DNA of 54,761 nt from positions 1 to 54,761 of the forward strand of contig JACPRB010000082.1 of assembly GCA_016190155.1 (NCBI GenBank), given 5' to 3'. The notes under the pieces were generated by a model. It was not told the DNA's origin. It saw only the letters and a program-made list of their open reading frames with translations, and did no database searches. Positions within the stretch are counted from its first letter, which is position 1, and each line of letters opens with the position of its first letter. This DNA is from Planctomycetota bacterium (lineage in GTDB: Bacteria > Planctomycetota > MHYJ01 > JACPRB01). This document shows positions 45,424 through 54,761 of the stretch, piece by piece. The position numbers were made by a program, and so were the translations under genes.

Positions 45424-46853
45424 GCTTCGCGGTGCCGGCGGCGTTGTGGGGGCTGCTCGCGGTCGGGTTGCCGCTGTTGATCAGCTTCTGGCGATTGCGC
45501 CCGACCTCGGTCGTCGTTCCCAGCGTGGCGCTTTGGCGCGAGCTGCCGGATCGGGTCCCGCCGGTTCGCGCATTGCGGAGTCCGCGGCTCAGCGCGATCG
45601 TGATGGCGCAGATGGCGGCTGTCGCGTGCGTCGTGGCGGCGCTGGCGGGGCCGTTCGCGGAGTTCGAGGCGGCCAAGCCGAGGACCGTGGCCATCGTGAT
45701 CGACTTGTCGGCCAGGATGTATCCTCGCCTGGCGGAGGCGCGGGAGGCGTACGAGCGAATTCGCGGAGCGCTCGGGCGGGAGGATCGGCTGGTGGTCTAT
45801 ACGTTCCCGCCGCCGGCGCGCAACCGTCTGGTTTGGGAGGTGGCGCCCTTCTCGGGTGACGCGACGGTCGCGCTCGAGCTGGCGGCGCGCGAGGCCGACC
45901 TCGTTTTTTTCTTGGGCGACCGTCCGGTGGATGCCCCGTGCGAGCAGGTGCTGGTGGGAGGATCGTTCGCGAACACCGGAGTGATCGACGCCAACGTGGA
46001 CGGCGACAAGGTGTGGATTCGCACGGTGTCTCCCGAGGGCGAGCGCGTGACGCCGCATGATCCGCAACCGGAGATTCGGGTGGCGGAGGACGGGTTCCCG
46101 CTGGACGATGTGTTGTTCCTGGACTCGAGCGCCCGGCCGGTCGAGGTGGCGCTCGAAGGGCGACCTCACGCGGGAGTGAGGCGCGTGCTGGAACGTTTGG
46201 AGGGCGTCCGGTTGGTGAAGGGGGGGCATCCCTCGATCGTCGTTCGGGTGGGTGAAGCAGGACGGGTGGATGATCCGCCTGTCCGTGTCATCATCGATCC
46301 GCCGGAGACGGGAGCGGCGATCGATTCGGACGCGATCGCGTTCGTGCCGCACCCTCTTTTCGAGAGCGTGAGGGCGGAGGAGTTCCCATTGGAGGGCGCG
46401 AGGGAGGTGCGGGGTGGGAGCGCCTTGGCGTTGGTGGGAGGGCGTCCGGTGATGGCGCTGTTCGATCGCGAATTGGTGATCGGGGGGACGTTCCCGAGCG
46501 GCCCTTGGCCGCCGTCCTTGGTCATCTTCTGGTCGAATGTGATAGAATTCCTCGCGGGAGGCCGGACTCGGCAGTGGACGGCGCGGCGGACCGATCGCAC
46601 GCTCGAGCTCGAAGGCGGGCGAGTGGTTCAGCCGCGGCGGGTCGGGAGGAACGAGTTCTTCGGGGAGGTCGTGCACGCGAATCTGCTGGATCGAGAAGCC
46701 TCGGATCTTTCGGGACAGCGGCGTGCGTTTGACGCGTCGCGTCTGTCGGCTGCGCCGGTGGAACGTCGGCGGCGCGATTTGTCGGTGTGGCCGGCGTGCG
46801 TGGCGCTGGTGCTGATGAGTCTATCGTGGTGGCTTGAGAGGAAGGCTTTCTGA
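45420..46853 (+). CDS. BatA-like membrane protein with N-terminal double-TM domain
   Basis: MSFAVPAALWGLLAVGLPLLISFWRLR... is the aerotolerance-type N-terminal double-TM motif. C-terminal TM anchor. ATGA overlap with the DUF58 gene. Confidence 0.65.
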   Translation: MSFAVPAALWGLLAVGLPLLISFWRLRPTSVVVPSVALWRELPDRVPPVRALRSPRLSAIVMAQMAAVACVVAALAGPFAEFEAAKPRTVAIVIDLSARMYPRLAEAREAYERIRGALGREDRLVVYTFPPPARNRLVWEVAPFSGDATVALELAAREADLVFFLGDRPVDAPCEQVLVGGSFANTGVIDANVDGDKVWIRTVSPEGERVTPHDPQPEIRVAEDGFPLDDVLFLDSSARPVEVALEGRPHAGVRRVLERLEGVRLVKGGHPSIVVRVGEAGRVDDPPVRVIIDPPETGAAIDSDAIAFVPHPLFESVRAEEFPLEGAREVRGGSALALVGGRPVMALFDRELVIGGTFPSGPWPPSLVIFWSNVIEFLAGGRTRQWTARRTDRTLELEGGRVVQPRRVGRNEFFGEVVHANLLDREASDLSGQRRAFDASRLSAAPVERRRRDLSVWPACVALVLMSLSWWLERKAF

Positions 46854-47287
46854 TGGCGCACACGATTCTGGCGATCGACGACACGAAGCGGATCCTCGAC
46901 ATCATCAAGTACTTCTTGGAGAACGAGGGATACGAGGTCAGGGCCGCGACGGACGGAGAGTCGGGCATGAAGTTGGCCCTGCAGGGTGGAGTGGACCTGG
47001 TGCTGCTGGACATCATGATGCCCGGGATGGACGGCTATGCGGTGTGCGAACGGCTGAAGAAGGACGCGCGCACGAGAGATCTGCCGGTCATCATGCTGAC
47101 GGCGAAGGCGATCATCATGCACACTCCGAAGGACTTCTTCTACGGCCTTTACGGGTTCTTGGCGAAGCCGTTCTCCAAGGAGCAGCTGCTCAAGGTAGTG
47201 CAGGACACGCTGCGGATCACGAAGACGCCGCCGGACAAGAGGTTCATCAGTCCGCTCGAGTCGCCGCGGGAAGAAATCACGTCTTAG
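46853..47287 (+). CDS. single-domain response regulator (CheY-like receiver)
   Basis: ILAIDD...DLVLLDIMMPGMDG...VIMLTAK. The canonical acidic pocket and phosphoacceptor Asp are present. Confidence 0.88.
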   Translation: MAHTILAIDDTKRILDIIKYFLENEGYEVRAATDGESGMKLALQGGVDLVLLDIMMPGMDGYAVCERLKKDARTRDLPVIMLTAKAIIMHTPKDFFYGLYGFLAKPFSKEQLLKVVQDTLRITKTPPDKRFISPLESPREEITS

Positions 47288-47397
47288 ACCCGTGGCGAGA
47301 ATCCAGTCTTCGCCCGACGCTCTTGACGGATCACGTTGAATCTTCTGCGTCGGACGTCGAACAAGGAGATGTGGACGAGCGCACTGCTCGATGGACC

Positions 47398-47426
47398 TTG
47401 CTTTTAGGCGCGCGCGTCTGTATAGT
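47398..47426 (+). promoter_or_regulatory. sigma70-type promoter upstream of rpsO
   Basis: TTGCTT-17 nt-TATAGT, about 95 nt upstream of the rpsO ATG. Confidence 0.5.
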
Positions 47427-47520
47427 TTCTGACCGTCTGCTGCGCAATCCCGGGTACTTGTGGGCCGATGTGATTGGGCTTGTGCGCTCGGGAGGCGCCG
47501 CGGAGTAAAGGAGACGTGTG

Positions 47521-47790
47521 ATGGCCGTAACGATGGAGCGCAGGAAATCGCTGGTCAGCGAGTACAAGGTGCATGAGGGCGACACGGGGTCTCCCGAGGT
47601 GCAGGTAGCGCTCATTACGGAGCGTATCAACACTTTGACGGAGCACCTCAAGGTGCACCGGAAGGACTTCACGTCCCGGCGTGGGCTGCTTATGATGGTC
47701 GGGCAGCGCGCGCGGTTGCTCAAGTATCTTCAGAAGTCGGACAAGGAGCGGTACCAGTCGCTCATCAAGCGTCTCGGCATCCGCAAATAG
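47521..47790 (+). CDS. rpsO: 30S ribosomal protein S15
   Basis: [51 protein letters not shown]. Confidence 0.96.
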   Translation: MAVTMERRKSLVSEYKVHEGDTGSPEVQVALITERINTLTEHLKVHRKDFTSRRGLLMMVGQRARLLKYLQKSDKERYQSLIKRLGIRK

Positions 47791-47807
47791 GCACAGTGGT
47801 TTGAGTC

Positions 47808-47865
47808 AATCCAGATGCACGGAGGGCGGCCGTAATAAGCTACTCTCTGCGATCTGGATTTTTTA
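47808..47865 (+). terminator. rpsO-pnp intergenic hairpin followed by a T-run (attenuator/terminator or processing site)
   Basis: caatccagat ... atctggatt followed by tttttt. It lies 18 nt after the rpsO stop and upstream of pnp. Confidence 0.55.
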
Positions 47866-48003
47866 TTAGATCCGCGCTGCGGAAGGATGTTTTCGGGCGA
47901 TTGTGACGAAAGACGAGAGCCAACTCATTGGGATGATGACGCGCGTTGGCTCCTGCCTTTCGTCTTCGCCCATGTCCCTCCGCAGGGCCAACAAGGAGGG
48001 TTT

Positions 48004-50379
48004 GTGGCGAATAACCAGCGCGTGGAAGGCGAGATCGCCGGCAAGAAGGTCATCTTCGAGGCCGGTTGGATGGCCAAGCAGGCCAGCGGCTGCGTAACGG
48101 TCAGGATCGGCGATACGATCTCGATGGCGGCCGTGGTCGCGGGAGCGCCTCGGGGATTGGCGTTCGAGATGGTCCCCCTGACGGTGGACTATCGGGAGCG
48201 CATGGCGGCGGCCGGCAAGTTCCCCGGCGGCTTCATGAAGCGCGAAGGCCGGCCCAGCACGGAGGAGACGCTGTCCGCGCGCGAAGTGGATCGTCCCATC
48301 CGTCCGCTCATTCCGGAGGGATTGGACAACGACATCGTGATTTCCTGCCTGGTGCTTTCCGCCGACGGGCAGAATGATCCGGCTCTGTGTGCCGCCAACG
48401 CGGCGAGCGCGGCGTTGCTCACATCGGATATTCCTTTCAACGGGCCCGTGAGCAGCATCCGGGTCGGGTTGATCGGAACCGAGTTCGTGTTCAATCCGAC
48501 GACCGACGAGCTGAAGGAGAGCGCGCTGGATCTGCTGATTTGCGGAACCAAGGACGGCATCATCATGGTGGAGGCCGGCGCGAAGGAAGTCGGCGAGGAG
48601 CAGATGCTGGGGGCGTTCACCTTCGCCGAACCGCTCCTCAAGCAGGTCAACGAAATGCAGCTCCGCCTGCAGCAGCTCATCGGGAAGGCCAAGAAGGAAT
48701 ACGACGTCCTGAAGGTCTCGCCGGAGTTGGCGAAGCGCCTGGCCGAGAAGTACGAAGCGGAGCTGCGGCGGGTCTTCTTTAGCCCGGGCAAGACCGCTCG
48801 CGCTGAGGCCATCGAGCAGGTGGTCGACAAGGCGATCGAGGAGTTCAGCCCGTCCGACGAGCAAGGCCAGACCAAGCCGGGATATCCGACGCCGTCGGAA
48901 GTGAAGGCGGCGTGGGAGATCATGCACACGCGCGTCGTGCGCGAGTACATCTTGGAAGGCCGGCGGGCGGACGGACGGCGCATGAACGAGATTCGGCCGA
49001 TCGATATCCAGATCGGCCTGCTGCCTCGGGTGCACGGTTCGGCGCTCTTCACGCGCGGCGAGACTCAGGCGCTCTGCACCACGACCCTCGGTACGGGGGA
49101 TGACGAGCAGATCGTGGACGGTCTGCGCGAGGAATACTCGAAGCGCTTCTACCTGCACTACAACTTCCCGTCGTTCTCGGTCGGCGAGACCAAGCCCAAC
49201 CGCGGGCCGGGCCGGCGCGAGATCGGGCACGGGGATTTGGCGGAGCGGGCGCTCGAGCCCGTCATGCCGGAGAAGGAGGCGTTCCCTTACACCGTTCGCA
49301 TCATCTCGGACATCCTCGAGTCGAACGGATCGTCTTCGATGGCGACGGTGTGTGGCGGTTCGCTCTCGATGATGGACGCGGGGGTGCCGGTGCGCGCGGC
49401 CGTCGCGGGCGTGGCGATGGGGCTCGTGCGCGAGGGCCAGCGGTATGCGATCGTGAGCGACATCCTCGGCAGTGAGGACGCCTACGGAGACATGGATTTC
49501 AAGGTGGCGGGTACGGAGAAGGGGATCACGGCGCTGCAGATGGACTTGAAGGCGGGCGGCATCCCGCTGGAGATCGTCCGCGAGGCCCTGGAGGAGGCGC
49601 ATACGGGGCGGCTGTTCGTCCTGGGCAAGATGCGCGAGGCGATCGCGCAGCCGCGGGCGGATCTGTCGCCGTACGCGCCGCGCATCGTGAAGATCATGAT
49701 CGATCCGGAGAAGATCGGGTTGGTCATCGGGCCCGGCGGCAAGATGATCCGGGACATCGAGGCGCGTTCCGGGGCCACGGTGGAGATCGAGGACGACGGC
49801 AGCGTGTTGATCGCATCGAGCAACAAGGAGGCGCTCGATTCCGCTCGATCGATCATCGAGAACTTGGTCGAGGAGCTGAAGGTAGGAAAGATCTACCGCG
49901 CGAAGGTGGTTTCGCTGAAGGACTTCGGTGCGTTCTGCGAGATCGAGGGCAAGGGGCAGGACGGCCTCGTGCACGCCTCCGAGATCACCGAGAACTACGT
50001 GGAGCGGGTGAGCGATTACCTGCAGATCGGCCTGGAAGTCGAGGTGAAGCTGATCAACATCGATCCGCAGGGGCGCAACCGGTTCAGCATCAAACAGGCG
50101 CGTCGGGATCGGGGCATGCCTCCGCTGGGGCCGCTTGGAGGCGGCGACGGCGGTGGTGGTGGCGCCAGTGCTGGAGGGCCGGGAGCGACGGGTGCGGGCG
50201 GAGCGCCGGGGGGCCGAGGTCCCGTGCCTGGCGGCCGTGGGCCGAACGACGGCGGCGGCGATGCGCCGGCGGGCGTCGGCGGCGGCGAGCAGCGCTTCCG
50301 TGAATCGCGTCCGAGGCCGGGCGGCGGGCCGCCGGGTGGCGGACGCCGGGATCGCGGCGGCCGCGACCGCGAACGGTAA
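48004..50379 (+). CDS. pnp: polyribonucleotide nucleotidyltransferase (PNPase) with Gly/Arg/Pro-rich C-terminal extension
   Basis: Two RNase PH domains (FNGPVSSIRVG; RREIGHGDLAERAL), KH (IGLVIGPGGKMIRDIE), S1 (GKIYRAKVVSLKDFGAFCEI). GTG 48004 lies 4 nt after AAGGAGG. Confidence 0.95.
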   Translation: MANNQRVEGEIAGKKVIFEAGWMAKQASGCVTVRIGDTISMAAVVAGAPRGLAFEMVPLTVDYRERMAAAGKFPGGFMKREGRPSTEETLSAREVDRPIRPLIPEGLDNDIVISCLVLSADGQNDPALCAANAASAALLTSDIPFNGPVSSIRVGLIGTEFVFNPTTDELKESALDLLICGTKDGIIMVEAGAKEVGEEQMLGAFTFAEPLLKQVNEMQLRLQQLIGKAKKEYDVLKVSPELAKRLAEKYEAELRRVFFSPGKTARAEAIEQVVDKAIEEFSPSDEQGQTKPGYPTPSEVKAAWEIMHTRVVREYILEGRRADGRRMNEIRPIDIQIGLLPRVHGSALFTRGETQALCTTTLGTGDDEQIVDGLREEYSKRFYLHYNFPSFSVGETKPNRGPGRREIGHGDLAERALEPVMPEKEAFPYTVRIISDILESNGSSSMATVCGGSLSMMDAGVPVRAAVAGVAMGLVREGQRYAIVSDILGSEDAYGDMDFKVAGTEKGITALQMDLKAGGIPLEIVREALEEAHTGRLFVLGKMREAIAQPRADLSPYAPRIVKIMIDPEKIGLVIGPGGKMIRDIEARSGATVEIEDDGSVLIASSNKEALDSARSIIENLVEELKVGKIYRAKVVSLKDFGAFCEIEGKGQDGLVHASEITENYVERVSDYLQIGLEVEVKLINIDPQGRNRFSIKQARRDRGMPPLGPLGGGDGGGGGASAGGPGATGAGGAPGGRGPVPGGRGPNDGGGDAPAGVGGGEQRFRESRPRPGGGPPGGGRRDRGGRDRER

Positions 50380-50583
50380 TAGCCGGGATTATTCACGCCC
50401 TAGGCGAGATCGACGACACAATGTCGAAGCGCTGTCTCAGTTCGTGAATGTTAGCCGTCCGACCGCTACCAGCGATCACCAGGAACGGTGATCGCGCGCA
50501 GGCGCGTCATGTTGGAGTCCGTCTCTCGACGCGAGACTTCGCCACGTCGAAGTATCGGAGGGAGTATAATAAGCCGGGGAGTC

Positions 50584-50949
50584 ATGCCGTTGAGCGTCGG
50601 GAGGAGTTGGCTGGCCGGTCTGCTGTGTGCGTTGCCCGCGCTGGCGTCGGGCAAGGACGCCAACGTGTATTACGGGCTGGTGGAGGGGGCGCAGAAACCC
50701 GCCGAGATTGTGGCGGCGAGGGTGTTCGAGCGGATCTCCGAATACCAGGAGATCAAGCGTCGCGGATTGACGAAGGACGATCCCGAGTACTGGGTCCTTC
50801 TGAACAAGGCCAACGACAAGTTCTACAGGGCCGTGAAGAAAGTGGCCGAAGAGAGTAAGTACGACGTGGTGGTGGAGAAGGGGACCGTCAAGTTCGACGG
50901 CGAAGTGCCCGACGTGACGCAACGAGTGATCGACGCCCTCGAAAAATAA
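50584..50949 (+). CDS. small secreted protein, OmpH/Skp-like (tentative)
   Basis: Signal peptide MPLSVGRSWLAGLLCALPALASG. The C-terminal VAEESKYDVVVEKGTV...VPDVTQRVIDAL resembles the Skp/OmpH C-terminus. Confidence 0.45.
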   Translation: MPLSVGRSWLAGLLCALPALASGKDANVYYGLVEGAQKPAEIVAARVFERISEYQEIKRRGLTKDDPEYWVLLNKANDKFYRAVKKVAEESKYDVVVEKGTVKFDGEVPDVTQRVIDALEK

Positions 50950-52196
50950 TGCGCTGCAATGTCCTGGCGGTGGCGTCTTGGCTGGTCGCTCCCTGTTCGG
51001 CGTGGATATGGACGGGCGGGGCGGCGGCTCAAGACGCGACGCCGCCTCAAGAGGTTCCCGTGCCGTCGCGCGCCGACATCGCGAACGGCCCCCCGCAGGA
51101 CGAGATCCTCTACGAGAAGTACCGCTTCGAGAAGGACGGCTTCGTGACGATCTATTACCGGGTCGGGCACGATCACGGTCGCCTTCTCAAGGCCATCCTT
51201 GAAGGCCAATCCCTCCAGGTGACCGGACAGTCGACGCCGGCGGTGAGCGTGACTCCCGAGGCGTCGCGGGCGCGGGTGCTCACGCCGGAAGGATGGGCGC
51301 TGGAGACGGAGAGCCTGCATCTGCTGATCGTGTCCGACAAGAAGGAGAACGTTCCGTTCATCGAGCGGGCCCTCCGCGTGCTGGATGTCCCCGATCCGCA
51401 GGTGATCATCGAGGCGCGCGTCGTCGAGATGAGGTGGGATCGCGATCTCCAGTTCGGGATCGAAGGCGACTTGGCCTCCAGCGCGACCACGTGGATCAAC
51501 AACTCGGGATCGGAGGCGTTCCTGCGCGAGGTGCGCGCGCGGTTCAATCCCACGGAGATCATCTCGGGTGGGCCGTTCCAGGGATCCGTCTTCCGTTTCA
51601 ATCGGGTGAGCGCCCATGATGGCACGATCGGCGGTCTCGTCCAGATGTTCGTGGAAAACGGGAAGGCCGAGATCCTGTCGAATCCTCGCGTGATCGTGGA
51701 AAGCGGCGACCAGGCCATGATGTCGGCCGGCGAGGAGGTCCCGTACTTCGAGAGCGTGCTCAATCCGGCCGGGTCGACGACCACCGTCCGTTATCGGCAG
51801 ACCGGGGTGACGCTGACCGTCCGCCCCCATATCGTGGGAGCGTCGAACGTCCAGATGGACTTGGCCGTGGAAGTGACGGCGCTGCTGGGCTTCGTCACGG
51901 GGCCGTCCGTCGGAGGAGCGACCGCCGCGGCGCCGAGTTTCACCACGCGCAAGGTGAACACGAAGGTCACGGTTCATGACGGAGACGAGGTGGTGATGGG
52001 CGGGTTGACGCGAAAGGAGAAGACGCGCACGCGCCGGGGGCTGCCGTTGCTCTCGGATATCCCCATCCTGGGGTGGTTGTTCGGACGCTACGAGGAAGGG
52101 GAAGTGACGCAGGAGATCCTGTTCTTCATCCGCCCGATCATCGTGCAGGGGGCGCGTATCCTGCCCGCGCCGATCATCGATCCGGACCGGAAGTGA
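50949..52196 (+). CDS. secretin family outer-membrane channel protein (short, GspD/PilQ-like C-domain)
   Basis: IIEARVVEM, LSNPRVIVESGDQA, GVTLTVRPHI, TKVTVHDGDEVVMGGL, GLPLLSDIPILGWLF, EILFFIRPIIV. Confidence 0.85.
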   Translation: MRCNVLAVASWLVAPCSAWIWTGGAAAQDATPPQEVPVPSRADIANGPPQDEILYEKYRFEKDGFVTIYYRVGHDHGRLLKAILEGQSLQVTGQSTPAVSVTPEASRARVLTPEGWALETESLHLLIVSDKKENVPFIERALRVLDVPDPQVIIEARVVEMRWDRDLQFGIEGDLASSATTWINNSGSEAFLREVRARFNPTEIISGGPFQGSVFRFNRVSAHDGTIGGLVQMFVENGKAEILSNPRVIVESGDQAMMSAGEEVPYFESVLNPAGSTTTVRYRQTGVTLTVRPHIVGASNVQMDLAVEVTALLGFVTGPSVGGATAAAPSFTTRKVNTKVTVHDGDEVVMGGLTRKEKTRTRRGLPLLSDIPILGWLFGRYEEGEVTQEILFFIRPIIVQGARILPAPIIDPDRK

Positions 52197-52200
52197 GGCG

Positions 52201-53595
52201 CTATCCTGGAGAAGGCGGCTTGCCGCTCGACGGTGTTCTTTGGCGGCGGGCTTCAAGCATGATCTGGCGCAGGGAGCCGCGACTTTGCCGGCGGCTGATG
52301 ACGCCGGCGAGGACGATGATCACGGCGACGACGACGCCGGCTCCCAGGACGAGCAGCGCGAAGCCGCCGCGAGGATCCTGCGTCGGCTGCGGCGGGATGA
52401 CGCGCACGTTTTTCGCGAAGAGGACGGGGGCCGTCCACGTTTGCTGCGGGTAATCCTGGAAACGTTCGCCTTCATAGGTATAGAGGCGCAGGAACACCCC
52501 TTCCACCTCGACCTGGCAATGCGTCAGGAGCTTGCCGAACTTCAGATAGGGCTTGATCTCGCCTTGCGGAGGGTCGAGGAGATAGAAGTGGACGGGCTTC
52601 TGGTAGGGCGCCGCCATCACCACTCCCCAGTTGACGATCGCGACATTGTCCGGGTTGGTGACGTTCACCGGCTTGGGCACCATCGTGACGAGATGTCCTC
52701 GAACGCGGATGAAGTCGCCGCGGTGGGCGGCCGGAGCGGCCAGGAGCGCATCCAGTCCGACGTCCTCACGCGCCGCCTTGGCGACACCCTCTGAGGTCAA
52801 CGAGTTCTTCATGGCTCCGATGAGGGCGACGAAGGCGGGCGACTCGCGGTCGATGTCGACCGTGCCGTCCTGGAACTCGGCGACGGTTTCCTTCAGGGGC
52901 CGCTCCGGCTGGTCGGGGGAGGTTTGCCGGTTGGAGACGGGCGTCTCTGCAGCACGGATGTTGCGGATCACCAGGATGGGGCGTCCTTGCGCCGTGCCGA
53001 GGAAGATCCCTTCGATCTCCCATGGGGCGTCAGGGGCGGGCAGGCCGGCTTGAGTCGTCAGAACCGTTGTTACGGGGACGGAGGCTCCTTGCGCCAGGAA
53101 GGTCCCCACTCCCACGGCGTCGTCATCGCGACCGGCGAGGGGCACACGGGCGAATCCCTCGGCGCGTCCGGCGAGGAATATGAACTGGCCGCGGCGCGCT
53201 TCCGGATCGTCCGCCAGGAGCTGAACGGGGATGCGCTGCGAGCGGCTGGAGATGCCTTCGGGCGTCATGTCGGTGCGGAGGAAGTCCAGAACGTCGAGGA
53301 AGGGGCGGCTCTGGACGTCGAGCTCTCGGCCGGCCGGCCATGCGAGGGCGAGCTCACGGGCCTTCTTGGAGAGGGGATCCTCGCGGCGGATGGAGTAGTT
53401 GATTTCGTCGGGCGCCAGGGCAGGGCGGGAGGCCTGAGGCTTCTTGGTGAAGACCTGGAGCATGATCATGGCCAGCAAGGTGAGGATCAGGATGACCGCG
53501 ATCACGCTGATCTTCGCCAGGTCCTTCGGATTCAGATGCTGGGGTGGGGGCTCGGGGCGGGCCGGGCGCTTTCCGAAGGGGTTGTGCATCTCCAT
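52201..53595 (-). CDS. bitopic/bi-anchored membrane protein, hypothetical
   Basis: N-terminal TM ([18 protein letters not shown]) and C-terminal TM ([22 protein letters not shown]). No recognised motif. Confidence 0.55.
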   Translation of the reverse strand: MEMHNPFGKRPARPEPPPQHLNPKDLAKISVIAVILILTLLAMIMLQVFTKKPQASRPALAPDEINYSIRREDPLSKKARELALAWPAGRELDVQSRPFLDVLDFLRTDMTPEGISSRSQRIPVQLLADDPEARRGQFIFLAGRAEGFARVPLAGRDDDAVGVGTFLAQGASVPVTTVLTTQAGLPAPDAPWEIEGIFLGTAQGRPILVIRNIRAAETPVSNRQTSPDQPERPLKETVAEFQDGTVDIDRESPAFVALIGAMKNSLTSEGVAKAAREDVGLDALLAAPAAHRGDFIRVRGHLVTMVPKPVNVTNPDNVAIVNWGVVMAAPYQKPVHFYLLDPPQGEIKPYLKFGKLLTHCQVEVEGVFLRLYTYEGERFQDYPQQTWTAPVLFAKNVRVIPPQPTQDPRGGFALLVLGAGVVVAVIIVLAGVISRRQSRGSLRQIMLEARRQRTPSSGKPPSPG

Positions 53596-53698
53596 TTCGG
53601 GTTCCAGTGTATCAAACGGATTTTCGAGCGGACAGGTTCAGGGATGAATCCGCGAGTGGCTGAACTGGGGATGGCGGCGGCCGATCTGGGCGTTAAAA

Positions 53699-53727
53699 TT
53701 GACGGAAGCAGTGACCGCCGTTATAGT
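53699..53727 (+). promoter_or_regulatory. sigma70-type promoter upstream of clpC
   Basis: TTGACG-17 nt-TATAGT, 45 nt upstream of ATG 53773. Confidence 0.55.
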
Positions 53728-53772
53728 GCGCAAGGACGGCGGGAGGTCCATACCAACGTTAAGGGGATCGCG

Positions 53773-54761
53773 ATGTTCGAGAAATTCACCGAACGCGCGC
53801 GGAAAGTGATGAGCCTGGCGCGCCAGGAGGCGCAGCGGCTCAACAGTGAGTTTATCGGAACGGAACATATCCTCTTGGGCATCATTCAAGAGGGCGGCGG
53901 AGTGGCCGCCAAGGTGCTCAAGAACCTCAACGTCGATCTCAAACGGATTCGACAGGAGATCGAGAAGCTCATCACGCCGTCGTCCAGTCCCACGGTGACG
54001 CTCGGTCAGCTTCCGTTCAGTCCCCGCGCGAAGCGCGTGATCGAGCTTGCCGGCGAGGCGGCCAGCCAGCTCGGACATGACGTGATCGGCACGGAGCACC
54101 TGTTGCTGGGGCTGCTCAAGGAGAACGAAGGGATCGCGGCGCAGGTCCTGACCAACCTCGGCCTGAAGCTGGACGAGGTTCGGGACATGGTGTTGGAGGT
54201 CCTGGGGGCCGACATGCAGCAGGAGCCGGGCGAGGACAAGATCGGCGCCAAGGCGTCGAAGTCCAAGACTCCCGCTCTGGACGCGTTCGGGCGCGATTTG
54301 ACCGAGCTGGCGCGCGAGCGCAAGCTTGATCCGGTCATCGGGCGCCGCAAGGAGATCGAGCGGGTCATGCAGATCCTGTCCCGGCGCACGAAGAACAACC
54401 CGGTGCTGCTGGGCGAGGCCGGCGTCGGCAAGACCGCCATCGTCGAGGGCTTGGCGCAGGACATCATCAACAGCAACGTGCCGGAGATCCTCAAGGAGCG
54501 GCGCATCGTCGTCTTGGATCTGGCGCTCATGGTCGCCGGCACCAAGTACCGCGGACAGTTCGAGGAGCGCATCAAGGCGGTCATGAACGAGGTTCGCCGG
54601 GCGAAGAACATCATCCTGTTCATCGACGAGCTTCACACGTTGGTCGGCGCGGGAGGCGCGGAAGGCGCCATCGACGCGGCCAACGTGCTCAAGCCGGCCC
54701 TGTCGCGGGGCGAGATCCAGTGCATCGGGGCGACGACGCTCGACGAGTACCGAAAGTACAT
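53773..54761 (+). CDS. clpC: ATP-dependent Clp protease ATP-binding subunit ClpC (N-terminal part; continues beyond the window)
   Basis: My translation reads [38 protein letters not shown]... (double Clp_N repeat), [53 protein letters not shown]. It is not in the track because it has no in-window stop. Confidence 0.95.
   Translation, partial: MFEKFTERARKVMSLARQEAQRLNSEFIGTEHILLGIIQEGGGVAAKVLKNLNVDLKRIRQEIEKLITPSSSPTVTLGQLPFSPRAKRVIELAGEAASQLGHDVIGTEHLLLGLLKENEGIAAQVLTNLGLKLDEVRDMVLEVLGADMQQEPGEDKIGAKASKSKTPALDAFGRDLTELARERKLDPVIGRRKEIERVMQILSRRTKNNPVLLGEAGVGKTAIVEGLAQDIINSNVPEILKERRIVVLDLALMVAGTKYRGQFEERIKAVMNEVRRAKNIILFIDELHTLVGAGGAEGAIDAANVLKPALSRGEIQCIGATTLDEYRKY

Overview
GC-rich bacterial chromosomal segment. 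The gene content looks Planctomycetota/PVC-like (many lipoproteins, Zn-ribbon/HEAT membrane proteins, an FGE-sulfatase domain protein, a giant PKD/FN3 secreted protein), but the taxon is only an inference. Most of the window is housekeeping: ruvA, glycerate kinase, pdxA, YebC-family regulator, sdhCAB, an ABC-2 exporter, PhoH-like ATPase, purB, rpsT, def, ribF, rpsO-pnp, clpC. Five things are not ordinary. (1) At the left edge (1-4532, minus strand) lies a translationally coupled RiPP-like operon: an S26/SipW-like peptidase fused to a GNAT domain, an HPr-kinase-like P-loop protein, a PqqD-like protein whose C-terminus is a 46-residue tail with a Cys/Gly-rich C-terminal end, and two paralogous radical SAM enzymes. 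The first has a textbook SPASM motif; the second is cut by the window edge. (2) An M20D amidohydrolase is interrupted by a single in-frame TGA exactly at the conserved metal-ligand Cys of the MHACGHD motif. A 9-bp hairpin with a GGUCU loop follows it, making it a selenocysteine candidate (alternative: pseudogene or sequencing error). (3) Two families of dispersed repeats are present. One is a MITE-like element with about 36-nt terminal inverted repeats and related partial copies, including an inverted pair about 38 kb apart. The other is a palindromic GTTCAnCCGTTCG-type intergenic element that also flanks one gene as direct repeats. (4) An NtrC-family AAA+ regulator lacks both the GAFTGA loop and the phosphoacceptor Asp. 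It sits divergent from a 1441-aa FN3/PKD/M64-peptidase protein across an unusually long, less GC-rich intergenic region. (5) Several near-consensus sigma70-type promoters end 6-8 nt before the ATG, implying leaderless mRNAs. I saw no rRNA, tRNA or CRISPR array. Many long track ORFs are GC-driven shadow ORFs on the opposite strand or in the wrong frame of real genes.
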